From contig VGKP01000005.1 in NCBI GenBank assembly GCA_016866975.1, forward strand, positions 1-47,700: DNA of 47,700 nt, in the 5' to 3' direction. Source of the stretch: Candidatus Pacearchaeota archaeon. GTDB taxonomy: Archaea; Nanobdellota; Nanobdellia; Pacearchaeales; GW2011-AR1. Shown here in pieces: positions 16,643 through 25,702 of this stretch (positions within the stretch are counted from its first letter, which is position 1; each line of letters starts with the position of its first letter). The notes under the pieces are model-generated. The model was not told the DNA's origin. It saw nothing but the letters and a program-made list of their open reading frames with translations, and searched no databases. The translations under genes and the position numbers were made by a program.

Positions 16643-16967
16643 TTACCCTCTAGAAAAAGCTTCTTGAACACTCATAAAAACGCCACCAGTGCTTCGATAA
16701 GAAAGTTGCAACTTGCCCTGAAAATCATATACGCCTAGCTGCCATTCCGCCCCATCCATTTCAATAATAGTAGGCAAAGTCACGCATAGTCAGTATTACA
16801 ATAAGCCACAAAGCCCTTGTTATCCGCTGTTGCATCGGAAACACCCGCATCACTTGAAACCGCAAATCCCATCATTTTGCCTGAAAAAAACAATCCCAAA
16901 AACACCCCGCATGAAAGAATAACCAAAAACAGCAAGCCAAGAGTCCAATTCCTCCTTATCTTTTCAT
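16643..16967 (-). pseudogene. Frameshifted remnant of a secreted or membrane-anchored protein
   Basis: ATG 16967 hits a stop (ATG AAA AGA TAA); adding one A gives MKKIRRNWTLGLLFLVILSCGVFLGLFFSGKMMGFAVSS..YCNTDYA*. A second frame continues LCVTLPTIIEMDGAEWQLGVYDFQG...FSRG* to 16643. Confidence 0.4.
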
Positions 16968-16997
16968 TGTACGATAAGAAAGATTATGTTTATAAAA

Positions 16998-18119
16998 TCA
17001 TCTCTTCGCTTGCTGTTTTGACAGACACTTCTCAAATATTTTCGCTGCTCTTTGAAGATCCTGCCGCTTTATGCTTGCATGCAATCCAAAGCGCACCGCG
17101 CCACGAATCTCTGCAGAAGAGAGACCTATCGCTTTTAGTACCTTGCTTTCTTTACCCTCTTTGTTTAAGCATGCACTTTTCGTAGAGCAATAAACACCGT
17201 ACTGGGAAAGTGCAAGCACTAAGAGTTCGGCATCGATGCCTGGAAATGTGACAGACACATGATCAGATAGGCGCTGTTCCCGAGAGCCCGTGATTCTACA
17301 ACCTAACTTCTCTAATATAAGTATGAAAAAATCGCGCAGTTCTTGCATTTTTCTCCAATCCTGTCTCTTTGTCATATCCAATGCCTTTGAGAAACCAACA
17401 ATGCCTGGAACATTTTCAGTCCCTCCTCTCAATCCTCTTTCCTGTCCTCCTACTATCATAGGAGAAAGTTTTATGCCTTCCTCAACAAAAAGTAATCCTA
17501 TTCCTTTAGGTCCCCCTATCTTATGGGCAGAAGCTGAAAGCATCCCTATACCAATATTCTTCACAGGCAACTTATATTTTCCAAAAGTCTGCACAGCATC
17601 TGTATGAAATAAACAACCTTTTTTCTTGCATATCTTTCCTATTCTTGCTATGTCTTGTATTGTGCCAATCTCATTATTCCCATGTATAATGGAAACCATA
17701 GCGGTCTTCTCATCTATCTTATTTTCCAGCTCCTTAAAATCAATGAATCCTTCTTTATCAACTCTTATCTTAACTACTTCATGCCCTTTTCTGACTAATT
17801 CATCACTTATTTCATTTATAGAAGAATGTTCAATCGCGCTTATTATCAATTTCTTTTTATTTGAAATCTGCATAAAACCCTTTAATGCGAGGCAATTTGA
17901 CTCGGTACCTCCTGAAGTAAATATCACTTCGTGAGATTTGCATTCTAATTCATTGGCAATAACTTTCCTCGATATACTGATTGCCTTTGTAGCAGCATCC
18001 CCCATTGAATGAGGTGAAGATGGATTTCCATAATTGTTTAGAAAAAATGGGAGCATCGACTCAACTACTTCAGTATATACTGGTGCAGTCGCCGAGCTGT
18101 CAAGATAAATCTTCTTCAT
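16998..18119 (-). CDS. iscS: Cysteine desulfurase (IscS/NifS class I)
   Basis: IYLDSSAT, YGNPSS, FTSGGTES, FHTDAVQ, SAHKIGGPKG (PLP Lys), RGGTEN and STKSAC (catalytic Cys). Start at MKKIYLD (18119). Confidence 0.95.
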   Translation of the reverse strand: MKKIYLDSSATAPVYTEVVESMLPFFLNNYGNPSSPHSMGDAATKAISISRKVIANELECKSHEVIFTSGGTESNCLALKGFMQISNKKKLIISAIEHSSINEISDELVRKGHEVVKIRVDKEGFIDFKELENKIDEKTAMVSIIHGNNEIGTIQDIARIGKICKKKGCLFHTDAVQTFGKYKLPVKNIGIGMLSASAHKIGGPKGIGLLFVEEGIKLSPMIVGGQERGLRGGTENVPGIVGFSKALDMTKRQDWRKMQELRDFFILILEKLGCRITGSREQRLSDHVSVTFPGIDAELLVLALSQYGVYCSTKSACLNKEGKESKVLKAIGLSSAEIRGAVRFGLHASIKRQDLQRAAKIFEKCLSKQQAKR

Positions 18120-18570
18120 CTGATAATCCTCCATTTTTAATGTGATCAATGTGATCAAGAATTTCATACCTTAATACACTGCCTATCATCACCTCAGAAG
18201 TCATCCCAAAATAAGGGTTATTGGAAAAGTTATTAGGAGGAATTATTGGGGTCAATTCTGCAACAAATCTTTCCAGCCCTGCCAAATCTAAAAAAACTAC
18301 ACCATATCTCTCTTGATAGTCTCTATGAGGATTTAATTTTGCTGGAAAATAACCCATACTTTCTGATAATGATTTTACCCCGTCAGTTTTCTCTTTAGAA
18401 GTTATAAGATTTGAATCTACCCAGATCATAAATATTTTTTCAGCCAAGCTGCTTGCATTTTCTTCAATAAAATAACCTGTTTTAATAATATCCACTAGTT
18501 TTTCGTATATTGATGGTTCTAATTCAATTTCATATCTTTTAATCGCATACCTTTGTTTATTGTGTGACAT
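18100..18570 (-). CDS. Hypothetical protein
   Basis: ORF overlaps the iscS start by 20 nt, so it is probably co-transcribed. No recognisable motif. Start at 18570 or 18585. Confidence 0.65.
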   Translation of the reverse strand: MSHNKQRYAIKRYEIELEPSIYEKLVDIIKTGYFIEENASSLAEKIFMIWVDSNLITSKEKTDGVKSLSESMGYFPAKLNPHRDYQERYGVVFLDLAGLERFVAELTPIIPPNNFSNNPYFGMTSEVMIGSVLRYEILDHIDHIKNGGLSDEEDLS

Positions 18571-18666
18571 GCTTATAAAAATCATATTAACTTCTTAAAA
18601 TTTTCCATTCTACTCTAAAAAAATCCGTGTAGCAAGGCTTTTAATCTCCTTTCCACTAGACAATAT

Positions 18667-19629
18667 ATGAAGTTATCAGCAGAAGACAGAATTAAAATCA
18701 TAAAAAGGAATACTGAGGAGATAATCACCGAAGAAGACCTAGTCAATGTTCTCAAGAAAAAGAATCCGAGAGTATATTGCGGGTATGAGCCAAACGGACC
18801 AATGCATCTTGGGCATTTTGTTACCATAACCAAACTCATGGATCTAGAAAAAGCTGGCTTTACAGTCGTTGTGCTTCTTGCAGATATTCACGCGATATTG
18901 AACAGAAAAGGTGGGGAAGAAGACATCAAGAATGAAGTGAAAAATTGGAGGAATACTCTGGAAGCTATTGGAATCAAGGCAGAAGTAGTTCTAGGAAGCG
19001 ACTTCCAATTCAAGAAAGAATTCCAACTGGACGTGATGAGACTTGCTCAAAACTCGACCATTAATAGGGGCCTTAGAAGCATGCAGGAGATTGCAAGAGA
19101 TGTCGAGAATGCAACAATATCTCAACTATGGTATCCTCTGATGCAAGTTGCTGACATCAAACATCTAAAAGCGGATGTTGCACTGGGAGGCTTAGAACAA
19201 AGAAAAGTACATATGATAGGAAAAGATATGAGTAAAACAATAGGTTATGATTTTGTCGCATTACACACTCCACTCATTACTTCTCTCAAGGGCCCAGGCC
19301 AGAAGATGTCAAAGAGCATACCTGGCTCGGGTATAAGCGTGACTGATAGCTACGAAGAGATTAAAAAAACAATCAATGGGGCCTACTGTCCAGAGAAGGA
19401 GATTAAAGATAATCCTTTGCTTCAGATAGCAAGACTCATCATATTTCCTAGGATTAAGAATCTGGATATAAAAAGGCCTTCTAAATTCGGAGGCAATCTA
19501 TCTATTGAGAACTATGAAGATTTGGAAAGTATCTATTCCAAAGGAAATCTCCATCCTATGGACCTTAAGAGTTGTGTAATTGAAGAACTAGAAAAGATTA
19601 TTGCACCTATAAGAAAAAAATACAAATAG
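18667..19629 (+). CDS. tyrS: Tyrosine-tRNA ligase, archaeal type
   Basis: YCGYEPNGPMHLGH (HIGH), YPLMQVAD, GGLEQRK, KMSKS and LHPMDLK. Confidence 0.97.
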   Translation: MKLSAEDRIKIIKRNTEEIITEEDLVNVLKKKNPRVYCGYEPNGPMHLGHFVTITKLMDLEKAGFTVVVLLADIHAILNRKGGEEDIKNEVKNWRNTLEAIGIKAEVVLGSDFQFKKEFQLDVMRLAQNSTINRGLRSMQEIARDVENATISQLWYPLMQVADIKHLKADVALGGLEQRKVHMIGKDMSKTIGYDFVALHTPLITSLKGPGQKMSKSIPGSGISVTDSYEEIKKTINGAYCPEKEIKDNPLLQIARLIIFPRIKNLDIKRPSKFGGNLSIENYEDLESIYSKGNLHPMDLKSCVIEELEKIIAPIRKKYK

Positions 19630-19765
19630 AACTTCTAAAAGCAAAAAGCCTCAAAAGCTAAAACTGCAAAATCAAATGAGAAAGCATTATTTAGAAGAAT
19701 TTAATGGTATTGCTACGAAATATTGAGGACAATAAATAGTCTAAAAGGTATCGCCTCTTTTTCCA

Positions 19766-20215
19766 TCAATTCAAATATGCCTTTAATTTTTCAAGAGAAG
19801 GCAACCCATATTCCTTTCTCTGCTTATCTGTAACGGTCCCGTCAATTTTGTACATCTTCAACTTTCCATTTCTAAGTTTTACAACTTGAGTGCCGAATTT
19901 CTGGGGCTTTTTCTCTAACTGTAAAAGTCTATCCGTTGCTTGTGCAATAAGAGTCTTAGCCGGTTTGTAACTTCTTTCATACGCTTGCTCAGCCAAGCGT
20001 AAAGCCTTCCTAGAAGAAGATAATGTAAATCCATGATGATAAACCATTGCAGACATCCATAACTCTTTCGGAGAGAGCCGCTTATTCCCATATAATAGCG
20101 CATCTAATTTTATTCTTATAGCCCTATTAAAAGCATAAAACTCTTCATCTGTATAATTTTCTTCCCATTTTGATATATGCTTACTGTCTTCTCTGAATAA
20201 ATCTTGAATTTTCAT
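19766..20215 (-). CDS. Hypothetical protein, bacterial-like family with a PQ-x-[FY]GTQ motif (DUF6624-like)
   Basis: AMVYHHG...ALRLAEQAY...AQATDRLL..KPQKFGTQ...VTDKQRKEYGLPSL. Family recalled from the motif, not searched. Confidence 0.65.
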   Translation of the reverse strand: MKIQDLFREDSKHISKWEENYTDEEFYAFNRAIRIKLDALLYGNKRLSPKELWMSAMVYHHGFTLSSSRKALRLAEQAYERSYKPAKTLIAQATDRLLQLEKKPQKFGTQVVKLRNGKLKMYKIDGTVTDKQRKEYGLPSLEKLKAYLN

Positions 20216-20262
20216 ATAGCCTTAAAGAAAAAACAGTATAAAAGAGTTGCCTTAAACTATGA

Positions 20263-20443
20263 AGTTACGCCGATGGCAGGAATACCTGCGCGTAAGCAAG
20301 GGTTGCCGCGGAGCAAAGCTCTGCGAGCACTTCGATTCCTGCAGTTACGCCGATGGCAGGAATACCTGCGCGTAAGCAAGGGTTGCCGCGGAGCAAAGCT
20401 CTGCGAGCACTTCGATTCCTGCAGTTACGCCGATGGCAGGAAT
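20263..20443. repeat. 80-bp tandem repeat (two identical copies plus a 21-nt partial) derived from the tRNA-Ser 3' end
   Basis: Units start at 20263, 20343 and 20423. Each begins AGTTACGCCGATGGCAGGAAT (the tRNA 3' end) and the full units end TTCGATTCCTGC (inverted T-arm). Confidence 0.95.
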
Positions 20444-20509
20444 CGAACCTGCATATCCTTGCGGAAGCTTGCTCTCCAAGCAAGTAGGCTACCACTGCCC
20501 AACATCGGC
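20428..20509 (-). tRNA. tRNA-Ser (anticodon GGA), 82 nt, type II variable arm
   Basis: Acceptor GCCGATG/CATCGGC; anticodon arm CTTGC-TTGGAGA-GCAAG; 15-nt variable arm; T-arm GCAGG-TTCGATT-CCTGC; discriminator G. Confidence 0.95.
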
Positions 20510-20534
20510 ACATATCCATGTGACAATATTGATT

Positions 20535-20540
20535 TTTAAA
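20535..20540 (-). promoter_or_regulatory. TATA box of tRNA-Ser
   Basis: TTTAAA at -31 to -26 from the tRNA 5' end. Confidence 0.55.
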
Positions 20541-20571
20541 GGCTTTGAAGACCAATATAGAAATGTCCCTC

Positions 20572-21072
20572 TCATTTGGGCATCGATCTCCTATAAGTTG
20601 AAAACCTGTAACCTTCTCTCTCCTCGTTGAATGTCTTGTACCATTTTCCTGTATCTTTGTACCTTGGAAAGAAAGTATCTCCTTCGTATCTCCCATCTAT
20701 CTCAGTCATTTCAAGCCTGGTTGCATCTCCAATGGCCTGATAAAATATCTGCTCACCCCCTATGATATAAGCTTCATTGCTTAATGCGTGAGCAGCAAGT
20801 ATAGCTGTATTCAGGTCAGGGCATATATTTGCCCCATGGACAGACAAGCCTCCCTTTCTAGACAGTACGAAATTGACTCGTCTTGGAAGGACCTTGCCTA
20901 TAGATAAAAAAGTAGTATGGCCCATTATTACTGGTTTGTCTAAAGTCAGTCTTCTGAATCTACTCATATCTTCCCTTCTAAGTTTAGTATCGTCCCACCA
21001 AGGTATAGACCCATTGTTTCCAATGACATTATCATAGGCCACTGCAGCGATTAATATTATCTCTCTATCCAT
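20572..21072 (-). CDS. folA: Dihydrofolate reductase
   Basis: VIGNNGSIPW, DMSRFRRLT, VIMGHTTF, LPRRVNFVLS, IIGGEQIF and GDTFFP. Confidence 0.95.
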   Translation of the reverse strand: MDREIILIAAVAYDNVIGNNGSIPWWDDTKLRREDMSRFRRLTLDKPVIMGHTTFLSIGKVLPRRVNFVLSRKGGLSVHGANICPDLNTAILAAHALSNEAYIIGGEQIFYQAIGDATRLEMTEIDGRYEGDTFFPRYKDTGKWYKTFNEEREGYRFSTYRRSMPK

Positions 21073-21866
21073 TAGATTGCTATAGGAGCTTTAATTGCAG
21101 GATGAGGATCATAATTGTTCAATTTGAAATCTTCATAATTGAATGAGAATATTTCCGTTACGGATGGATTTATCTCCATCTTAGGCAAAGCCTTTGGTTC
21201 TCTTGCCAACTGTAGTCTTGCCTGTTCAATGTGGTTGCTATAGAGATGCAGATCTCCAAAAGTATGTACAAATTCCTTTGGCCTAAGATTTGTTACCTGG
21301 GCTATCATCATTGTAAGCAATGAATATGAGGCTATGTTGAATGGCACTCCCAAAAACAAGTCTGCAGAACGTTGGTAGAGTTGGCAGCTCAACTCTCCAT
21401 CTCGGACATAAAACTGGAACAATGCATGGCAAGGAGGAATTGCCATCTTGTCTACCTCTCCAGGGTTCCATGCAGATACAACATGTCTCCTGCTATGAGG
21501 ATCTGATTTGAGTCTCTTTACAAGTTCAGATATCTGATCCACAGACCTTCCATCATGGGTGTCCCAGTCTCTCCATTGTTTCCCATAAACTGGTCCAAGA
21601 TTGCCATCAGAATCAGCCCACTCATCCCAAATGCTTACTCCATGATCTTTAAGATATTTTATATTTGTATCTCCTTTAAGGAACCATAGAAGTTCATATA
21701 TGATAGACTTTGTATGCATCTTCTTTGTCGTCAATAAAGGAAAGCCTTCCTGAAGATCGAATCTCGCCTGTCGGCCAAAAACAGAGAAAGTACCTGTCTC
21801 AGTCCTATCGCTCTTCGGTTTCCCATTGGCCAAAACATCTTCAAGCAACTCAAGAAATTGTCTCAT
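21072..21866 (-). CDS. thyA: Thymidylate synthase, bacterial ThyA type
   Basis: [46 protein letters not shown] and GDLHLYSNH. Confidence 0.98.
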   Translation of the reverse strand: MRQFLELLEDVLANGKPKSDRTETGTFSVFGRQARFDLQEGFPLLTTKKMHTKSIIYELLWFLKGDTNIKYLKDHGVSIWDEWADSDGNLGPVYGKQWRDWDTHDGRSVDQISELVKRLKSDPHSRRHVVSAWNPGEVDKMAIPPCHALFQFYVRDGELSCQLYQRSADLFLGVPFNIASYSLLTMMIAQVTNLRPKEFVHTFGDLHLYSNHIEQARLQLAREPKALPKMEINPSVTEIFSFNYEDFKLNNYDPHPAIKAPIAI

Positions 21867-21916
21867 TATTTTTAATCAGAAGAACATTATAAATAAATTA
21901 TGGTAAATATTCATAA

Positions 21917-22534
21917 CTATCCAAGATGCTTCTTCAGGTAAGGTAGAAGTTGCAATGTCCATCTCTCAATCTTATTATCAGAGTTTGCAACCAGCTCTTC
22001 TATCTCTTCTATAGTCATAAACTTTCCCTCTTCAATCTCTCCATCTCCCATAGATATTTCATCTTCATCAGTCTCTGCAATGGCCACGACCCCAAAATGA
22101 TATTTCTCTACATCTCCAGTATCGTCATTTACAAATCCTACTATCTTTGGATCAGGATAATTTTCCATTACAACTTCCTCCTGAAGTTCTCTTTTTGCTG
22201 AAGCTTTGATTGGATCTGCATCGTCTTGTCTTTCTATATGGCCTCCGACTCCGCAGCTCCATCTATTATAAAGCCTTTTCTCGGAATATAACTTCTCATT
22301 AGCAGACCTCCTATAGGCAAATATTTTCTTTGTCCAGGGATTTATTATAAGCACATAAGTGATTATCTGTTTAAGGGAAAAGTCATTCTCAAGGTCATCG
22401 CTCCTGAATTCATACCTGTAATTCTTAAGAGCGATTGGCATATAATCATATTCGTCCTTAGGCGAGAATCCTTTTTCAAGATATTTTTCTTTGAAAAGTT
22501 TGTCTCTCGGAACAACCAATGCTTCTTTTCTCAT
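21917..22534 (-). CDS. NUDIX-superfamily phosphoesterase (COG4112-like)
   Basis: KQIITYVLI, WSCGVGGHIE, AKRELQEEV (Nudix box), GFVNDD and HFGVV. Confidence 0.85.
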   Translation of the reverse strand: MRKEALVVPRDKLFKEKYLEKGFSPKDEYDYMPIALKNYRYEFRSDDLENDFSLKQIITYVLIINPWTKKIFAYRRSANEKLYSEKRLYNRWSCGVGGHIERQDDADPIKASAKRELQEEVVMENYPDPKIVGFVNDDTGDVEKYHFGVVAIAETDEDEISMGDGEIEEGKFMTIEEIEELVANSDNKIERWTLQLLPYLKKHLG

Positions 22535-22696
22535 CTTGCTTTGAAAAATAGTAGTGTATAAAAAGATTATGTAAGATATTACTTCTCACTTACTGCTCTA
22601 AATATTCTCCTTGACATTCAACCATCATATCTCTCACTCTGAATATTTTTGAGTATTTGAGGCAACTTTTCAGCAAGGAACAGTAGGCCCCTTAGA

Positions 22697-23005
22697 TTAG
22701 TCTTTCATCTCGATCTTAATTTGTACAGAACGTGGAATTTGTAACTTCATTATAGGATGCAGAATACGGTCCTCTGCAGGTATGTCGATTATTCTTCTAT
22801 GTACTCTCATCTCATATTTATCGAATGTTGCAGTCCCACTCCCGCATGGGCTTTTTCTCGTCGTGACTTTCAAATGCCTAGTAGGTAATGGGATTGGTCC
22901 TCTCATCGCAACGCCGGCACGCATGGTTATCTCTTTTATATTCCGTATTACTGGATTTAGTTCTCCTATATCTATGCTAGCTAGTTTGATTCTGACCTTT
23001 GACAT
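22697..23005 (-). CDS. rpsJ: 30S ribosomal protein S10 (uS10)
   Basis: RIKLAS, GPIPLPT, TRKSPCGSG and FDKYEMRVHRRIID. Confidence 0.97.
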   Translation of the reverse strand: MSKVRIKLASIDIGELNPVIRNIKEITMRAGVAMRGPIPLPTRHLKVTTRKSPCGSGTATFDKYEMRVHRRIIDIPAEDRILHPIMKLQIPRSVQIKIEMKD

Positions 23006-23180
23006 GCATTTCAAAGCGAAAAACGCTTTTTAAAACTTCCGTATACTGCAAAATTGATGAAAGATGAAATGTTTCAGTCTTTAGCTTATGAAAGTTAAGT
23101 CAATGAAAGTAAATGATTTTTGAAATCTTTTCCATTGCACGATAGACAATGTTTAAAAACCCTCTTTTTCTGAATGCATT

Positions 23181-23606
23181 ATGGGATTTAAGCTCAACAT
23201 ATCTGACAAAGAAAAAGCCTGGAAGCTTGAAACAGATACTGAGTCACTTGTAGGCAAGAACGTAGGAGATGTGATAGAAGGAAAAGAGATTAAAAGTGAA
23301 CTTGATGGTTACCAGCTACAAATCACTGGTGGAAGCGACATGGCTGGTTTTCCTCTGTCAAAGAATGTAGAAGGCCTAGCATTGAAAAAGCTCTTACTTA
23401 AGAGAGGATGGGGCATGAGAGATACAAAGAAAGGAATCAGATTGAGAAAGACAGTAAGAGGAAAACAAATCTCAAGCACCACCTCGCAGATTAATATGAA
23501 AGTGATTAAATCTGGCAAGAAGAATCTTTCTGAAATATTCCCCGAACAAAACAAGTCGAAAGAACCTGCCACTGTTGAGCAGAAACCTGTAGAACAAACC
23601 GCATAA
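23181..23606 (+). CDS. rps6e: 30S ribosomal protein S6e (eS6)
   Basis: FKLNISD, LQITGGSDMAGFP, GIRLRKTVRG and QINMKV. Confidence 0.96.
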   Translation: MGFKLNISDKEKAWKLETDTESLVGKNVGDVIEGKEIKSELDGYQLQITGGSDMAGFPLSKNVEGLALKKLLLKRGWGMRDTKKGIRLRKTVRGKQISSTTSQINMKVIKSGKKNLSEIFPEQNKSKEPATVEQKPVEQTA

Positions 23607-23636
23607 ATTTTTAATAGACTACTTTCTATATATCTG

Positions 23637-24380
23637 ATGGACAGCATAAATATTGAAGACTATAATTCTACAAAAAACTTATTGGATGTGACAGAATGTC
23701 AACTAAACAGGATTCACGAAACCTCTGATTTGAAGAAAAGAGGGGCTCTTCTAATGAAGGTAAGACATATCGCTACATTTGCCAGAAATCCATCACAAGA
23801 GAGAAATGCCTTAAGAGCAGTTGAGATAATGGCTGCATATGATTATGAGAAAGAATTCTTATTTGATCTTACTCAAGAGCCTATAGAAGATATAATGCAG
23901 ATGAGGGTTTCTGATATAGCTCAAAGATTCGTGAGAAACGAGCTTGCTTGGAGAGCAAATTACTTCATAAAACAAAATCCCAGGAATTCTTTTGGGGCAG
24001 TATCATCACCAGTCAGCCTTCCAGCAAGCGCAGTGGTAGGCTCAATCGGGAAAGGTCTTGCTAATGAGCGGATGCCTCTTATAGGATTATCAACAAATCA
24101 GATTGCAAATATCGCTTACATAAGGCAAGTTGAAAAAATTTTCAACAAGTTAAAGGATTATTGGATACCTCATATTGAGAGACCGGGAATATTCCATACA
24201 GCCAGTATATCTGTGAAGGGTCAAAAAGAGCCAATCATACCATGCGCACAAACCTATTTCAACTATTCATCTCCTAGAAATTTAGGTCCAATAGTTCGGG
24301 TCTCTGAATATATTGTTAAAGAGTTCAGAAGAAAGGGTCATGACTTGGAGATTGGGTCTAGGATACTTCTTTCTAGATAA
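23637..24380 (+). CDS. Hypothetical protein between rps6e and eif2g
   Basis: 247-aa ORF with no recognised motif. Confidence 0.75.
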   Translation: MDSINIEDYNSTKNLLDVTECQLNRIHETSDLKKRGALLMKVRHIATFARNPSQERNALRAVEIMAAYDYEKEFLFDLTQEPIEDIMQMRVSDIAQRFVRNELAWRANYFIKQNPRNSFGAVSSPVSLPASAVVGSIGKGLANERMPLIGLSTNQIANIAYIRQVEKIFNKLKDYWIPHIERPGIFHTASISVKGQKEPIIPCAQTYFNYSSPRNLGPIVRVSEYIVKEFRRKGHDLEIGSRILLSR

Positions 24381-24439
24381 AAATTTTACTAACTCTTTGT
24401 AACCGCAACCTTCTTAAAACCTCCTCTGCTTCCTTCGGA

Positions 24440-25627
24440 ATGAGTAAAGAAGAATTAGAGACAATAAACGTAGGGATAGTAGGTCATATAGATCACGGCA
24501 AGACCACTATTTTATATAAACTATCTGGAAAATGGGCAGACACGCATTCAGAAGAGATGAAGAGAGGGATAACTCTTAAATTAGGATATGCAGATATAAC
24601 TATCTCAAAGGACAAAGATCAATATAATAAAGATGGAAAAGGTGTCCCTGTCCTCCACGTTTCATTTGTTGATAATCCTGGCCATGAGATGCTTATGGCA
24701 ACAATGCTCTCAGGAGCAGCTATGATAGATACCGCAATATTAGTAATTGCTGCTAATGAAGGTATCAAGCCACAGACAAGAGAACATTTGATAGCCTTAA
24801 AAGCAAAGAATGTAAAGAATCTCATAGTTGTACAGAACAAGATAGACCTCATACCTAAAGAAAAAACAATAGAGAACTACAAGGAGATCAAGGCACTCCT
24901 TAAAGGCAGATTTGACGATGCTCCGATTATCCCCATTTCAGCACAGCAGGAAGTTAACATAGATAAGATTTATCAGGCAATTGCAGAGCTTCCAATCCCT
25001 CCAAGAGACAAAACAGGAAACCCTCTCTTCCTCATCGCTAGAAGTTTTGATATCAATCGTCCTGGAACCTCTCCAAAAGACTTGCATGGAGCAGTGTTGG
25101 GAGGCACTTTGAAGAGAGGTTCATTGAAAGTAGGTGATGAGATAGAGATAAAGCCTGGAAGAGTTATAAAGGAAGCAAATCAGTATCATTATAAGACTAT
25201 GAACACAAAAGTAGTGAGGCTCTTCAAAGGTTCCAAAGAAGTTCAGGAACTGACTCCAGGGGGCAGTATGTCTATAGAGACAGGACTTGACATGGCCTTA
25301 GGAAAAGGAGATGCGTTTGCAGGCTGCATCGCTTCCATATCAAAGACACTTCCCGAGATAACAAACTCTGTAAGGGTATCTTTCTCACTCTTCAATGAGA
25401 GCTTCACCTCATCTGGAACTGTCAAGATAGATCCTCTTAAGCCTTCAGAGACAATACTATTAAGCATCAATACATCAAAGACACTTGCAATTGTGAAGAA
25501 AATGAACAAGAATGAGGCAGAGCTTGTATTGAAGACACCAATCGTGCCCTTCAAAGGAGACACGGTGGCAATCGCCCGCAATTTCAACACACATTGGAGA
25601 CTTATTGGCTCAGGCAATATTGTCTAA
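24440..25627 (+). CDS. eif2g: Translation initiation factor 2 subunit gamma
   Basis: GHIDHGKTT, RGITLKLGY, DNPGHE, QNKID, ARSFDINRPG and WRLIG. Confidence 0.97.
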   Translation: MSKEELETINVGIVGHIDHGKTTILYKLSGKWADTHSEEMKRGITLKLGYADITISKDKDQYNKDGKGVPVLHVSFVDNPGHEMLMATMLSGAAMIDTAILVIAANEGIKPQTREHLIALKAKNVKNLIVVQNKIDLIPKEKTIENYKEIKALLKGRFDDAPIIPISAQQEVNIDKIYQAIAELPIPPRDKTGNPLFLIARSFDINRPGTSPKDLHGAVLGGTLKRGSLKVGDEIEIKPGRVIKEANQYHYKTMNTKVVRLFKGSKEVQELTPGGSMSIETGLDMALGKGDAFAGCIASISKTLPEITNSVRVSFSLFNESFTSSGTVKIDPLKPSETILLSINTSKTLAIVKKMNKNEAELVLKTPIVPFKGDTVAIARNFNTHWRLIGSGNIV

Positions 25628-25684
25628 TTGTCCTCCATTAAATTTATCTGCACAATTCAACCAAAAGATTTAAATAGTTCTATT

Positions 25685-25702
25685 ATATAACATATGTTAT
25701 AT
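25685..25702. promoter_or_regulatory. Perfect 18-bp palindrome ATATAACATATGTTATAT, candidate autoregulatory operator
   Basis: Lies between the TATA box (25669-25676) and the start codon of the HTH-MNT gene, overlapping the ATG. Confidence 0.6.

Noticed and set aside
16700-16760. tRNA-Leu-like 5' segment on the minus strand (GGATGGGGCGGAATGGCAG)
   Set aside because: No anticodon stem, T-arm or acceptor partner could be folded, and the segment reads as protein in the pseudogene frame.
16790-16795. Possible selenocysteine CxxU motif in the 16643-16967 remnant
   Set aside because: On re-reading, the break is a frameshift rather than an in-frame TGA after the Cys codon.
16817-17185. 122-aa plus-strand ORF with a TTG start
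   Set aside because: It is antisense to the iscS end and to the pseudogene, with no promoter or motif.
20263-20443. CRISPR array or extra tRNA genes
   Set aside because: The 80-bp units are fully identical (no spacers) and contain only the tRNA 3' end with a damaged T-loop, with no D-arm or anticodon arm.
20204-20696. ORFs 20204-20539(+), 20265-20696(-) and 20433-20630(+)
   Set aside because: They run across the tRNA and tandem repeats and are best explained as by-products of the repeat sequence.
23050-23125. Recurring TGAAAG hexamers between rpsJ and rps6e
   Set aside because: Short, irregularly spaced and in AT-rich sequence, so not distinguishable from chance by eye.
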